A model generated the notes under the pieces. That model searched no databases. It saw nothing but the letters and a program-made list of their open reading frames with translations, and was not told the DNA's origin. A DNA stretch of 64,000 nucleotides from Verrucomicrobiota bacterium (lineage in GTDB: Bacteria > Verrucomicrobiota > Verrucomicrobiia > Opitutales > Seribacteraceae), in the NCBI GenBank assembly GCA_027622665.1, contig JAQBYT010000003.1, forward strand, positions 163,455-227,454, written 5' to 3'. Every line of letters begins with the position of its first letter. Position 1 is the stretch's first letter. Below, piece by piece: positions 19,780 to 30,599 of this stretch. Both the position numbers and the translations under genes were made by a program.

Positions 19780-20835
19780 CTAAGGTTTTACTGCAGGCCC
19801 GAAAGGATCGGCTGGTAAAGGTGGCTCACCTCCGGGAACAGGCATAGGCACAGGACCACCGGGTGCAGGTGCAAAAGGATTTGCTTCAATGGGTGCGGGG
19901 CTGGCAGGGTCAGGAGCAGGTCCGCCAGGTGCAGGGGCAAAAGGATTTGCGTCAATGGGCGCGGGGACGGCAGGGTCAGGAGCAGGTCCACCAGGTTCAG
20001 GTGCAAAAGGGTTGGCCGGCATGGGGAAGTTTCCTCCTCCGGGAACCATTGGCGGCACACCGCCAGGATCAAGAGGTGGTGCAAGAGGTTGCCCCATGAC
20101 AGGGAGACCCAAACCAGGAGGAACTCCGGGATCGGGATTAGGAACCGCCACAGGACCACCACCGGGAAATGGAGCCGCCGGCATAGCCGTACCCGGAAGA
20201 GGAGCAGAGGGAACTGCCCCTGGCAAAGGGGTGAAAGGCGAGGGAGTGGCAATTACTCCCGATCCTACGCCCGAGGGGGGAAGTTCGAAGGGTGCCATTT
20301 CCGGAGTTCCATCGGCCACAGGGAAGGGTTCGGGCGAAAAGGGAGCTGGTTCCGGCGCAAAGGGAGCTGGTTCCGGTACTGAGGAAATGACCGGATTGGG
20401 AGAAAAAGGCTCCGATGAAGGTTCAAACGTTGGAGCGGGAAAAGCGGAAGCGGGAACGAATGAGTTGTCGCCAGGTCGCGAAGCAGGTTCAGGTTTCTCT
20501 GCTTTAACTACATCGGTTTCGGGATTAGCCTCCAAGTCCTCGACCTTGACGTTCCGTACCCACCAGTCACGAAAAACTATGGATCCGTCTTCCTTATATT
20601 CTTGAACGGCTCCCCAACGAGTCCCTTTGTGTACAGGAATAAGAAGGCGACGATCGTGATCGTACGTGTGTCGAGCCATCCACGATTTCTCTACGGCCGC
20701 AACCCTGTAAGGAGATGCAAAACCAGGAGCACGAGCACCGCGATACTCAGCAACCGAGCGACACGAACCAAGAAAGAAGGTAAAGCTCAGGAGACATGAC
20801 AACCCGAGGAATAGTGATAACCTTATCGAGTTCAT
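19780..20835 (-). CDS. Proline-rich putative lipoprotein
   Basis: Signal peptide with FLGSC lipobox, a small W/Y-rich domain, then a long Pro/Ala/Gly-rich tail. Confidence 0.75.
   Translation of the reverse strand: MNSIRLSLFLGLSCLLSFTFFLGSCRSVAEYRGARAPGFASPYRVAAVEKSWMARHTYDHDRRLLIPVHKGTRWGAVQEYKEDGSIVFRDWWVRNVKVEDLEANPETDVVKAEKPEPASRPGDNSFVPASAFPAPTFEPSSEPFSPNPVISSVPEPAPFAPEPAPFSPEPFPVADGTPEMAPFELPPSGVGSGVIATPSPFTPLPGAVPSAPLPGTAMPAAPFPGGGPVAVPNPDPGVPPGLGLPVMGQPLAPPLDPGGVPPMVPGGGNFPMPANPFAPEPGGPAPDPAVPAPIDANPFAPAPGGPAPDPASPAPIEANPFAPAPGGPVPMPVPGGEPPLPADPFGPAVKP
19853..20016 (-). repeat. 66-nt (22-aa) intragenic tandem repeat, ~2.5 copies
   Basis: ANPFAPEPGGPAPDPAVPAPID / ANPFAPAPGGPAPDPASPAPIE / ANPFAPAPGGP. 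Confidence 0.85.
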
Positions 20836-20896
20836 GTAATAACAAAAAGGCATCTAAGCCCAACAAGCAAGCGAGGAGTGAGCGAGGGATGGGGAT

Positions 20897-21397
20897 TCAC
20901 CTTACACTTGAAAGGAGTTTGAGTTTGTTCGAACTCATACTGAAGCATTCGATTTCACCATTTTGCAGATTACAACGGTAAATCCAGCGCTCGTTAACAT
21001 CGCAAATAAACTGGAATTGGGGAGGTTCCGGAAGTTTCTGCGTCTTGAGGTTATCCGATATCGTTTGGAAAATAATGGAGTGAATGCGGTCGTAGTTGAT
21101 TTTTTCCTGTTTGCCGATGGCTTCCTCAATGTCTCCGCGCACATCATTCAGACTTTCATGAACGACTCCCGAAAGTCTATCGTAATCGATCTCCGTCAAT
21201 GGTAGCGAGGACAGAGCGTTCAAGATCTCTTTATTAAAATGAGGCGACTCGCTTGTCGCAGTCACAACAGAGGATAAATCAGGGGGACCCCCGGACGATG
21301 AAACCGAAACTTGACCGGTATCCGATGCACTCGAGTCGCCTGACTCAAAACAGCCGCTGATTAGAAAAACAATGAGGAGCGGGAAAGAAATTTTCAT
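20897..21397 (-). CDS. Hypothetical lipoprotein
   Basis: MKISFPLLIVFLISGC lipobox. Internal repeat IDYDRL / INYDRI. C-terminal domain with three Cys. Confidence 0.7.
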   Translation of the reverse strand: MKISFPLLIVFLISGCFESGDSSASDTGQVSVSSSGGPPDLSSVVTATSESPHFNKEILNALSSLPLTEIDYDRLSGVVHESLNDVRGDIEEAIGKQEKINYDRIHSIIFQTISDNLKTQKLPEPPQFQFICDVNERWIYRCNLQNGEIECFSMSSNKLKLLSSVR

Positions 21398-21539
21398 AGC
21401 GAGAGGAAAATGTTTGACGATTCAAGCGATGAATCTGTGATTCAAAGAAAACCGAGATGGGTATAAGGTCAAGCTTGAGGTGCGGTTTCAATTGGTTTCG
21501 AGCTTGCCCTTCGCGTATCCGGAATTTGCATGTCGAATC

Positions 21540-22526
21540 ATGAAAGAACATATACGCTGGGGAATCCTAGGCACTGGTCGCATTGCCAATGCCTTTGCAG
21601 AAGGACTCTCCGTCCTTACCGATGCTGAACTGAAGGCCGTGGGTTCGCGAAATCCCGAGACTGCCATAGCTTTTGCCCAAAAGTGGCAGATTGCCAATCG
21701 TCACGCTTCCTACGAATCCTTAGCGTCCGACCAAGAAATAGACGCAGTCTACATAGCGACACCCCACACGGAGCATGCCTCAAATACCGTAATGTGCATA
21801 GAAGCAGGCAAAGCCGTTCTTTGCGAAAAACCGATGGCCGTAAATTCACAGCAGGTTCGGCGCATGGTCGATATCGCTCGAACCAACAAAACATTGTTGA
21901 TGGAGGGGATGTGGTCACGGTTTCCACCTGGAATGGCGAAGGTTCGTGAACTCGTTGCCAACGGAACCTTGGGAAAACTTCGCTCCCTACAGGCCGATTT
22001 CGGCTTTAAGGCCAAGAATCGCGACCCACAAGGCAGATTGCTAAACCTGGAATTGGCAGGTGGTTCACTTCTGGATATTGGTATTTATCCGATATCCCTA
22101 TCCTCCATGCTCTTTGGCAAACCGGAAAAAATCGTCACCACTTGGCACAAAGGCGAAACAGGAGTGGACGAGCAAGCGGCATATATCTTTCGGCACGCCG
22201 AAGGAGCACTTTCTATCATGCATTCTTCTTTTGAGGCACAAACCTCTCAGGAAACAGTAATTGCAGGCAGCGAAGCGAAGCTAAAAATCTCAAAGCAGTG
22301 CTGGCGTCCCCAAGAATTAATCTTAACGCGCAATGACGAATCGGAGGAATGTTTCTCCCTACCCTTTTCTGGTAACGGTTTTAACTATGAAGCCGCCGCA
22401 TTCATGGAATTGATGCGAAATGGCAAATGGGAAAGCGACGTAATGCCCCTCGATGAAAGCATTTCAATAATGGAGACCTTGGACGAAATCCGCGACCAAT
22501 GGGGATTACGCTACCCTTTTGAATAA
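21540..22526 (+). CDS. Gfo/Idh/MocA family oxidoreductase
   Basis: WGILGTGRIA, YIATPH, VLCEKP, GGSLLDIGIY. Confidence 0.92.
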   Translation: MKEHIRWGILGTGRIANAFAEGLSVLTDAELKAVGSRNPETAIAFAQKWQIANRHASYESLASDQEIDAVYIATPHTEHASNTVMCIEAGKAVLCEKPMAVNSQQVRRMVDIARTNKTLLMEGMWSRFPPGMAKVRELVANGTLGKLRSLQADFGFKAKNRDPQGRLLNLELAGGSLLDIGIYPISLSSMLFGKPEKIVTTWHKGETGVDEQAAYIFRHAEGALSIMHSSFEAQTSQETVIAGSEAKLKISKQCWRPQELILTRNDESEECFSLPFSGNGFNYEAAAFMELMRNGKWESDVMPLDESISIMETLDEIRDQWGLRYPFE

Positions 22527-22533
22527 AATAGCC

Positions 22534-23277
22534 TCATTCCCCACCCTTCCCATCGGGCCTTGCATACCAAAAGCTGCAAAAGCGTTTGGACCTTAAAACA
22601 AACGGAAAAATCATCGGCAATAGAATCACGCCGAATATCCTAGCTTTGGAATGCCAAAACAGCTTGCGAGAAGAAGTCACAACAGGATGACACTTCAGTA
22701 TCCGGAAGATGTAACCGCTCTTTCGACACCACCTTTTAAGAGCCATGGATAGAAAAATTTCCTCCCCTGCAAATACTTTCTCGGAAAATCCACCTATGGA
22801 CTCAAAGGCTTCCCGGCGACAAAAGATAAAGCTCCCGGCAGCCATACGAAAAAATCGTGAAACTAAGTTCCAAAAAATTGCAAAGAAGTGATTCGACGAG
22901 CCTTCCGGCAGTTTAGAATCGAAGCGTAGTGTAGAACCTCCCGCCCCGACGTCGCCGTCGATCATGAAAGTCAGGCTCTGTTTAAGTAATGGGTGAGGTA
23001 CAATTGTGTCTGCATCCACAAAAAACAAGTATTTGCCTTTCGCTTCTCGAGCACCGGCATTTCGGGCCCTGGAAATTTGATTGATCGGCTCAAAAACTAC
23101 GCGAGCTCCGGCGGCAATAGCGATCTTGGGCGTACGATCCACGGAATTGTTGTCGACTACAATCATTTCTCCGGCGATTGGCAATAACTCGTCCATACCG
23201 CGTCGAACCTCGGCAATGGTATCCGCAAGAAGAGCTTCCTCATTGTAGGCTGGAATAATTACCGAGTAACTGATCAT
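22534..23277 (-). CDS. Glycosyltransferase family 2
   Basis: SVIIPAYNEE, VVDNNS.D.T, ARNAGA, FVDAD. Confidence 0.92.
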   Translation of the reverse strand: MISYSVIIPAYNEEALLADTIAEVRRGMDELLPIAGEMIVVDNNSVDRTPKIAIAAGARVVFEPINQISRARNAGAREAKGKYLFFVDADTIVPHPLLKQSLTFMIDGDVGAGGSTLRFDSKLPEGSSNHFFAIFWNLVSRFFRMAAGSFIFCRREAFESIGGFSEKVFAGEEIFLSMALKRWCRKSGYIFRILKCHPVVTSSRKLFWHSKARIFGVILLPMIFPFVLRSKRFCSFWYARPDGKGGE

Positions 23278-23465
23278 AGAGATATCTCTAACGCTTATCC
23301 GGATTTACCATCTCTGAGAAATAAATCAGTAGGATTTCGGCAATAATTATAACGACCAAGTAATCCTAACGGGTGCATCCAAGGGCAACTGCCAAGAGAA
23401 CCGAATAATGTCGGCGAACAAATAAACCTATTTCAACTTCTTCGAAATCGGCTCACGAAAGCCAT

Positions 23466-24104
23466 TCAAGTCTTGCTGAAACGCTTGGCCCTTCTTGGGA
23501 CTCCAAAGGCAAGCCCGACCTGCCAACCTTCCAGGCGGGCATTGGGTCGGCGGCCATATAGATCGCAATCACCCTCGGGCTGAAGAAGCTTGTCACCTTT
23601 CACGTCCGCTGCGATTTCCGCCAAGGTAGGTACCGGATATCCTCGTTTGGCAAGACCATCTCGAAGAAAAGCGATACGATCCAACTCGGCTTGAGCCGCA
23701 AGATTAGCGAGAGATCGGCGGAAATCCGCAACTTCGCCCTCTACAGCGGGTGCGGAGGCAACCGATTCCGCCGGCAACTCATAAGAGTGAGCAGCTGCAG
23801 GTTCCAATTCCTCAGATTCCGTAGGGTCCTGCCCATTGTCGCCCTCGGCAGTGAAACTCTCTTCAAAGTCATCCATCGAAAAAGGTTCTTCCTCACTGTC
23901 AACACCATCCTCTGCGGTCGGATGGATAATCCCTTCCACAGTCGCCGATGAAGCGCCTGCACCCAAGTCGTCTGGTTCCGCGACTTCAGGATCGGCCATG
24001 ATGTCGGCGAGTTCCTCGTCTGAATTAGATGTAGGATCTTCCTGCACTTCGAAAATTTTGTCGGTTTCGGGCGGTAGACCCGTGGAGTCGGGCTGGGGGT
24101 CCAT
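23466..24104 (-). CDS. Hypothetical acidic protein
   Basis: 212-aa ORF with an E/D-rich disordered N-terminal two-thirds and a small basic C-terminal domain. Confidence 0.65.
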   Translation of the reverse strand: MDPQPDSTGLPPETDKIFEVQEDPTSNSDEELADIMADPEVAEPDDLGAGASSATVEGIIHPTAEDGVDSEEEPFSMDDFEESFTAEGDNGQDPTESEELEPAAAHSYELPAESVASAPAVEGEVADFRRSLANLAAQAELDRIAFLRDGLAKRGYPVPTLAEIAADVKGDKLLQPEGDCDLYGRRPNARLEGWQVGLAFGVPRRAKRFSKT

Positions 24105-24182
24105 GAAATCAAACTTTTACCGGAGAAAGAAAAGTGGCAAGTGAAAAGTGAGAGGACAACGCTAGGTTGGGACTGAAATTAT

Positions 24183-25136
24183 TTAGGAATCGGTAGCTAC
24201 GCCATCGGATGACGTATTGGATTCAGGGGCTGAGTCGTCTTCCTTGTCAAGCGTGCCCCCCTCCTCTGGTGTCGAATCCCCGGAACGCTCGATTTCTATC
24301 TGTTCATCAGCCTTAAGGAATACATTGGGTTCTCCGAAGCCGGGGATTTCCTCCGCAAAGCAGTAATTAGACTGCACGAGAGTGGCACGAAGGCGTCTAG
24401 AACGACGACTGGGGGCGTTTGGGGCAGTCCGACGGACAAGGAACTCCATTCCCTTCTTGATGCCATCCTGATAGCCAACGGGTAAAAACACACCGGCTCC
24501 CGAAGGTCTGGCATTCGTCACGGTGACGTTCAATTTATCGGCATAATAAATCCAAGGCGGGGTCTTAATGCTGTCTCGATAAAATTTTTCTCGGTCTCGA
24601 AAATCGACGAGAATTTGTTCGCGGGCAAAAATAAGTTTGTCGAGCTTGGACTGAAGGGTTTGGGTTTCCTTTTGGACACCCGCCAATTCCACCTCCAAGC
24701 CTTTGCGCGTGGCAGCAATTCCATCTGCATCGGTCTTCAATGGCCCCAACCGTGCATTGACTTCGGCAAGCTTGGACTGAGCGTCCAGACGCGAAGGAAC
24801 CAATCCCTCGCTCTGCGTTTCGGCTTCCTTGAACTCTTCAGCCACCTTGGCGAGCTCACTTTTCAGGTAATCAATTTTTTCTTTGGTTTCCTTAAAGGCG
24901 CCTTGGGCCTCATCGATGGCTTCCCTATGTTCACTGATTTCACGAAAAACAGCTGCAAGGGCAAGCTTGGAGGCATTCTCGTCTACAACCATCTCCTTCT
25001 TCAGGTTCTCAATGGAATCTTCACGATCTGCACGACGTTCTTCTTTTTCGGCAACGATGCCCGGAACAATCGCAAAGGCGATTCCGGCCAAAAGGGTAAG
25101 CCCCCATGCAAAAAATCTAGAGATTTGTGATTTCAA
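24183..25136 (-). CDS. Membrane-anchored coiled-coil protein with C-terminal small beta domain
   Basis: N-terminal TM, long heptad region, LPVGYQDGIKKGMEFLV. Start uncertain (TTG at 25136 or upstream). Confidence 0.7.
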   Translation of the reverse strand: MKSQISRFFAWGLTLLAGIAFAIVPGIVAEKEERRADREDSIENLKKEMVVDENASKLALAAVFREISEHREAIDEAQGAFKETKEKIDYLKSELAKVAEEFKEAETQSEGLVPSRLDAQSKLAEVNARLGPLKTDADGIAATRKGLEVELAGVQKETQTLQSKLDKLIFAREQILVDFRDREKFYRDSIKTPPWIYYADKLNVTVTNARPSGAGVFLPVGYQDGIKKGMEFLVRRTAPNAPSRRSRRLRATLVQSNYCFAEEIPGFGEPNVFLKADEQIEIERSGDSTPEEGGTLDKEDDSAPESNTSSDGVATDS

Positions 25137-25962
25137 CGTTTTGGTTTTCTCGCAAGCCACCGATGCGCCCAAACATGGGAATAATCATAGCAACGCTATG
25201 AGATAAGCCAGCCTCCTTGACCAAGATCTGGCATAGGCGCCGGCCTTTGTCGGAGACGATGAACCGCATATTCTCCTCCAAGCCTTTGTTGCGACCGATG
25301 GGAAGCATCAGCACTCCGGCTTTCAAGTTGAGACTTTGTACACGGGTAGAGAGGCTTTCCCCACGCTCAATCCATGGTCGCTCGTTCAAATCTCGCTCAA
25401 GGGCAGCTAGCACACTCTTGTAATGAAAGTCCAGCGTACGGGTCTCGTCGGCATAGTCAGCCAACTGATCCTGTACACCCTCACCGTTTGCTCGTTCTTC
25501 CTCTATTCGATTTCTTATGGTCTGTAGCTCAGCAGTTTTTGCGGGATTTGCCAAAGCTAGCCGATCGAAATCCTCCTGAGCATGCTCAAATTCTTTCTTT
25601 AGAGCCTCGATGGCGAGGTTAGCCTGATGGGTCGCATCACGAGTTTGGGCAACCTTGTCTCGCTCCGCCTGAAGGTTAGACTCAGATTCCAGAATGAGAC
25701 GTTCGTTAGAAATGGTATCTTGCTTGATTGAGCTCAATTCATCCTGAAGGCTCTGATTGTCCCGTTTCTTTCGGGCTAGGTTGGCTTCTTGGGCACTCTT
25801 TTTTTCGGCCGCAGATTGCTCCAGTAGAGAAAATTCTTCGTTGAGCGTACTTAGCTGAGTGGAGGCATCCTCACCCCGCATCCAAAGCAACAATACGAAT
25901 ACCAAGGCGGCAATAGAGAAAATTATCGCAAGCCAAATTTCGATCCGAGAAATTTTGTACAT
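25117..25962 (-). CDS. Membrane-anchored coiled-coil protein, paralogue of the downstream gene
   Basis: N-terminal TM, coiled coil, LPIGRNKGLEENMRFIV. Confidence 0.75.
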   Translation of the reverse strand: MYKISRIEIWLAIIFSIAALVFVLLLWMRGEDASTQLSTLNEEFSLLEQSAAEKKSAQEANLARKKRDNQSLQDELSSIKQDTISNERLILESESNLQAERDKVAQTRDATHQANLAIEALKKEFEHAQEDFDRLALANPAKTAELQTIRNRIEEERANGEGVQDQLADYADETRTLDFHYKSVLAALERDLNERPWIERGESLSTRVQSLNLKAGVLMLPIGRNKGLEENMRFIVSDKGRRLCQILVKEAGLSHSVAMIIPMFGRIGGLRENQNVEITNL

Positions 25963-25965
25963 ATG

Positions 25966-26589
25966 CTATAAGGGAGGCAAGGGAGCAAAAGGGGAAGGAG
26001 CAACTACATCTCCTACGCCCGGTAAAGGTGGCAAACCGGAATCCGGCGGCATTGGAGCAAATGGGGATGGCGCCGCCGGGTCTTCGGGAATGGCGGGAGT
26101 AGGAAGCGGGCCAAGTTCCTCGATGACCGGGGTAGTGGGAGCAAATGGTTCAGGAACGAAAGGCAACGGCTCTTCGGTTGCGGGTGGTTCCGAATCTTCG
26201 ACGGCATCGGGTTTCGAAATATCCATACCGGCTTCCTTTTCTATTTCCTTGCGCCTAGAGTTCAACCTAGCTTTCTCGGACTCTATCCAGCGTTTTTCGC
26301 GAATGGCATCTTCATCCTTTCGCCTTGCAATCATGAGGTTCTCAGTAATGAGGGGGCCCCTTCCCCACCAACGATCGTAATCAATGAGGCCATTTTCATT
26401 TCGCCCCCAGTTCCTTCCGATTCGCTTATTTCCAAACGAGGAGATGAGTCGACGATTATCAAGATCATAATGGTATCGAGCATTCCATTCTTGATAAACA
26501 ATCGGAGCTTCGCTCTCCGTACGATAAAAGCACCCATCGAACAAAACGATGGCAATAATAGAAAGTAGACTTGAAGGAAATACCCTCAT
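25966..26589 (-). CDS. Putative lipoprotein with Pro-rich tail, paralogue of 19780-20835
   Basis: Signal ending LFDGC; WNARYHYDLDNRRLI...DRWWGR; Pro-rich tail. Confidence 0.72.
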   Translation of the reverse strand: MRVFPSSLLSIIAIVLFDGCFYRTESEAPIVYQEWNARYHYDLDNRRLISSFGNKRIGRNWGRNENGLIDYDRWWGRGPLITENLMIARRKDEDAIREKRWIESEKARLNSRRKEIEKEAGMDISKPDAVEDSEPPATEEPLPFVPEPFAPTTPVIEELGPLPTPAIPEDPAAPSPFAPMPPDSGLPPLPGVGDVVAPSPFAPLPPL

Positions 26590-26644
26590 AATTGAATACC
26601 ATTGCTACGCATAGGCAAAAAAGCAAGCGCGTAGAAAAGCATTA

Positions 26645-27190
26645 TCATGCCTCCACAGGAGGTTTCCAGACAAAACGAAATGGCTTGTTTTCCCATTCCG
26701 GACCAGCGTAACCAATGCCAATACGAGGACCGATGACGATTTCATCACAATTAACGACAAAATTGTCGTCCTCGACCCAAAGCCCTGATCTTTCATCAAT
26801 CTCCGACCGGTTACAGTCTCGATTAACCGAGAATGCCTGGGTAAGACGACCGGGACCGACCACACCACAACACCCTCGGATAAGAACTGCAGCCGGGTAG
26901 TCTATGGGACCGGTCACGGCATTCAACATCCAGTGCATACCATAGCACAGGTAAACGTACCAGTGCCCTGCGGGCCCGAACATCACCTCGTTTCGAGCGG
27001 TTTTGCCACGATGGGCATGGCAAGCCTTGTCCGCCGGTCCATCGTAAGCCTCAGTCTCACAAATTCTCATGCGAAAAGATTCCGAGGACTCCGACGCTCT
27101 ACGACAAAGCCATTTGCCAATAAGCTCTCGAGCCACTTCAACTGTAGACCGATTAAAAAACGAAGAATCCAGCACCTTGCTTTTTCTCAT
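26645..27190 (-). CDS. mpg: DNA-3-methyladenine glycosylase (AAG/MPG family)
   Basis: VARELIGK, ETEAY, YVYLCYGMH, AVLIR, GPGRL, PRIGI. Confidence 0.93.
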   Translation of the reverse strand: MRKSKVLDSSFFNRSTVEVARELIGKWLCRRASESSESFRMRICETEAYDGPADKACHAHRGKTARNEVMFGPAGHWYVYLCYGMHWMLNAVTGPIDYPAAVLIRGCCGVVGPGRLTQAFSVNRDCNRSEIDERSGLWVEDDNFVVNCDEIVIGPRIGIGYAGPEWENKPFRFVWKPPVEA

Positions 27191-27206
27191 TTTAAAAAGC
27201 AAAAAG

Positions 27207-27662
27207 CTAATACTTCTTGTCTCGAGAATCGAGCAGTATGGTCACGGGACCGTCATCCACCGCCTCAACGTCCATATGAGCGCGAAACCGTCCGGTGGGG
27301 ACCGGCTTTTGAAGCTCTTCGGTCATCCTCTCTACAAAACATTCGTAAAGAGTCTCCCCGAGATCAGGTGAAGCCGCCCGATTGAAGGAGGGGCGAAAAC
27401 CCTTTCTCACATTCCCATAGAGAGTGAATTGACTCACTACCAGCACATCCAAATCTCTATCCTTCAAGGACAAGTTCATCCGGTCTTCATCGTCTTCAAA
27501 GATTCTTAATCCGGCGATTTTAGGAACTAGCCAGTTCAAATCTCCGACCTCATCCTCACCCGAGACTCCAAGATATACCAGAAGACCTTCTCCGATTTCA
27601 CCAACGACTGCACCCTCCACTCGAACAAGTGCTCTTTGAACTCGACGTACGACAGCCCTCAT
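27207..27662 (-). CDS. dtd: D-aminoacyl-tRNA deacylase
   Basis: LRIFED, SQFTL, RPSF, DGPVT motifs. Confidence 0.96.
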   Translation of the reverse strand: MRAVVRRVQRALVRVEGAVVGEIGEGLLVYLGVSGEDEVGDLNWLVPKIAGLRIFEDDEDRMNLSLKDRDLDVLVVSQFTLYGNVRKGFRPSFNRAASPDLGETLYECFVERMTEELQKPVPTGRFRAHMDVEAVDDGPVTILLDSRDKKY

Positions 27663-27786
27663 CTAGACCCCGAATGGATAGCGTTGTGATATCCCCGAAA
27701 ACGAGGGCAACATAATACAATCCCCCGGACAATTCTTCAGAAACTGAAAATTATGCAGATTCTGCTGAGACAAAATGGTTAAACGC

Positions 27787-28770
27787 CTAGTCTTCCGCCG
27801 CTACGGCATCCATGACCTCGGCTACGGCTTCAGCAGCCAAGGGGGTGGTGAGATAACGTTCTCCACAACTAGCCCCAATAACGACGATGCGTTTACCTGC
27901 CATTTCAGGACGGTTGCCAATACGCAAGGCGGCCGTGACCGCAGCCCCCGTGGAAATACCTCCGAGAATCCCTTCTTCAACACCAAGGCGACGAGCCATA
28001 GCGAATGCGTCATCGCTGTTAACTCGTTGCACCTCGTCCACTATATCCAAATTCAAATTCTTGGGCACAAAGCCGGCCCCGATCCCTTGTATCTTATGCG
28101 GCCCCGGCTTCACCTCTTCTCCGGCGAGGGTTTGGGTGATTACCGGACTTTCCTCCGGTTCGACCGCTACCGAAAGGAGATCGGGGTTGCGTTGCTTGAT
28201 CACCTCGGAAACTCCTGTGATCGTGCCACCGGTTCCAACGCCGGCGACAAATGCGGCGATATCCCCCTCCACGTCGGACCATATTTCCTCGGCAGTCGTC
28301 TGACGGTGAATCTCCGGATTGGCAGGGTTTTCAAATTGCTGCGGCATAAATCCTCTTTCGCCATACTCCTCCAACAATGAATTCGCCTTGGCGATAGCAC
28401 CCGGCATTCCTTTGGCGCCGGGAGTAAGCACGATGTCGGCTCCCAGTAAGCGGAGGAGGACTCGGCGCTCCTTCGACATGGTTTCCGGCATCGTCAAAAG
28501 GCACTTATAACCTTTGGCTGCGCAAACGAAGGCAAGAGCAATGCCCGTATTCCCCGAAGTAGGCTCTATGACGATACTGTCGGGATTCAATTTCCCATCA
28601 CGCTCGGCAGCTTCGATCATGGAAACTCCGATTCGATCCTTAACGCTCGCAAGCGGATTGAAAAATTCACCCTTCATGTAAACCTCGGCATTACAGCCGG
28701 CAGTTACCTTGTTGAGCTTGATTAGGGGCGTACGCCCAATGGAACCGGTTACGTCTTGGTGAAGGGACAT
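27787..28770 (-). CDS. cysK: Cysteine synthase A
   Basis: [34 protein letters not shown]. Confidence 0.96.
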   Translation of the reverse strand: MSLHQDVTGSIGRTPLIKLNKVTAGCNAEVYMKGEFFNPLASVKDRIGVSMIEAAERDGKLNPDSIVIEPTSGNTGIALAFVCAAKGYKCLLTMPETMSKERRVLLRLLGADIVLTPGAKGMPGAIAKANSLLEEYGERGFMPQQFENPANPEIHRQTTAEEIWSDVEGDIAAFVAGVGTGGTITGVSEVIKQRNPDLLSVAVEPEESPVITQTLAGEEVKPGPHKIQGIGAGFVPKNLNLDIVDEVQRVNSDDAFAMARRLGVEEGILGGISTGAAVTAALRIGNRPEMAGKRIVVIGASCGERYLTTPLAAEAVAEVMDAVAAED

Positions 28771-28853
28771 GTCAATGGGTGGGTTAAGGATTTAAACGGG
28801 AAAATGAGATTAAGGAGCAAATGGAAATGCAAAAATTCCCCTGTAAAGTGGAC

Positions 28854-29126
28854 CTACCTCCTTCGAGGTCCGAAGCTACGAATGGGAGCTTTTCGGTTGG
28901 AATCGGCGTTTCTAAGACGATAAACGATCCTTCCACGATTGAGATCGTAAGGACTCATTTGCATCTTCACCACGTCGCCCACGGTGATTTTGATGAAGTG
29001 CTTGCGCAATTTTCCGGAAATATGGGCAAGCACCTTGTGTCCGTTTTCCAATTCCACACGAAACATCGTACTAGGCAAAACCGCAACAATCTTACCCTCG
29101 ACCTCAATATTGTCTTCGGACGTCAT
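28854..29126 (-). CDS. infA: Translation initiation factor IF-1 (basic C-terminal extension)
   Basis: [33 protein letters not shown] at 29126. Confidence 0.96.
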   Translation of the reverse strand: MTSEDNIEVEGKIVAVLPSTMFRVELENGHKVLAHISGKLRKHFIKITVGDVVKMQMSPYDLNRGRIVYRLRNADSNRKAPIRSFGPRRR

Positions 29127-29274
29127 GAAATAGTGTAAAGCATTCTGTTCTTTAGGTTTATCATAGAAATTCAAAACATCATGTTTTCCCCATACGTCAA
29201 GCGAGCATGCCTTAGCGATTAAGGACATTTCCGGCTTGCGAACAATTCGCCAAAACCGTTTTAAGGAAACCCAA

Positions 29275-29841
29275 ATGCTTGAAATCGCAAAGGAATTGAC
29301 AACTTGCCCCTTTGAGAAACTCCATCCGTCGCAACTCAACCGCGATGACGAATTTTTCATGAAACTCGCCTACAATCTCGCCATCGACGCATGGAATGCA
29401 GACGAAGTCCCGGTGGGCACGGTAATCGTTCATGGAGACGAAGTCATTGCCTCCGCCCGCAACGAAACCAGAATTGCCAACGATCCCACCGCTCACGCCG
29501 AAATCATTGCCATTACAAAAGCCGCCAGCGCGATCGGAGACTGGCGACTGAACGAATGTCGATTGTACGTCACGAAGGAACCATGCCCGATGTGCTCCGG
29601 AGCGGTAATCATGTCTAGAATAGGAGAAGTCCACTATGCCGTACCCGACCCGAAAATGGGCTGTCTCGGAGGCGCCACGGACCTAAACGCCCTCCCCTTC
29701 TCCAACCACAAAGCCAAAGTCTCGTCCGGTCTCTTGAGTCAAGAATCTCTCGCCCTCCTTCAGGCATACTTTCAAGTCAAACGTCAAAACCCGAAGAAAA
29801 AACCAAACGGAGAAAAGGATATTGAGGGCAACCCACACTGA
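29275..29841 (+). CDS. tadA: tRNA adenosine(34) deaminase
   Basis: [21 protein letters not shown]. Confidence 0.9.
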   Translation: MLEIAKELTTCPFEKLHPSQLNRDDEFFMKLAYNLAIDAWNADEVPVGTVIVHGDEVIASARNETRIANDPTAHAEIIAITKAASAIGDWRLNECRLYVTKEPCPMCSGAVIMSRIGEVHYAVPDPKMGCLGGATDLNALPFSNHKAKVSSGLLSQESLALLQAYFQVKRQNPKKKPNGEKDIEGNPH

Positions 29842-29929
29842 ACTTACGACCTTGACGCCACCCGACCAAAGTATTTCCATGAGGATATATCAAGTTCTAG
29901 CCCCACAACGAACCTTAAATCTAATAAAT

Positions 29930-30550
29930 ATGCAGCACACACTTCCTCCACTTGACTTTGCCACAGATGCGCTCGAGCCACACATCGACGCCCAAACGAT
30001 GGAAATCCACCACGGCAAACATCACCAAACCTATGTCGCGGGACTGAATGCAGCCTTGGAAGGCAACGATACCCTCGCCGCACTGAACGTCGATGACCTT
30101 ATCCAAGATCTATCTTCCATCCCGGAAGGCATTCGAGGAGCGGTTCGCAACCATGGGGGAGGACATTCCAATCACTCGTTTTTCTGGAAAGCCATCTCTC
30201 CCTCGGGCGGAGGATTGCCCACGGGAGAACTTGCTTCCGCCATCGACTCCACCTTCGGCAACTTTGATGCCCTCAAAGCAGCCTTCACCAAAGCGGCCCT
30301 AACTCGATTCGGTTCCGGCTGGGCTTGGCTCGTCAAGCAATCCGACGGCACCCTCGCCGCAACCTCCACCCCAAATCAAGATTCTCCGCTCATGGAAGGG
30401 ATCGCCGACGTCACGGGAACCCCCGTCATCGGTCTCGACGTTTGGGAACACGCCTACTACCTGAATTACCAAAATCGCCGACCGGACTACATATCCGCAT
30501 TCTGGAACGTCGTAGATTGGAACCAAGCCTCTGATAATTTCCGAAGATAA
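29930..30550 (+). CDS. sodA: Superoxide dismutase, probably Mn-type
   Basis: [33 protein letters not shown]. The GGG and NQD signature is typical of Mn enzymes. Confidence 0.93.
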   Translation: MQHTLPPLDFATDALEPHIDAQTMEIHHGKHHQTYVAGLNAALEGNDTLAALNVDDLIQDLSSIPEGIRGAVRNHGGGHSNHSFFWKAISPSGGGLPTGELASAIDSTFGNFDALKAAFTKAALTRFGSGWAWLVKQSDGTLAATSTPNQDSPLMEGIADVTGTPVIGLDVWEHAYYLNYQNRRPDYISAFWNVVDWNQASDNFRR

Positions 30551-30599
30551 ACTTCTCGATCGACGAACAGCTTAAAAGTTACATCCGATTCGTAGATAA

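Noticed and set aside
19853..20016. Possible CRISPR-like repeats
   Set aside because: These are in-frame coding repeats with no unique spacers, and no cas genes are present.
19889..20605. 238-aa Gly-rich collagen-like ORF on the + strand
   Set aside because: It is the antisense shadow of the Pro-rich lipoprotein (CCN codons read as Gly on the other strand).
29127..29360. Long N-terminal extension of IF-1
   Set aside because: It overlaps divergent tadA, and IF-1 similarity begins at the ATG at 29126.
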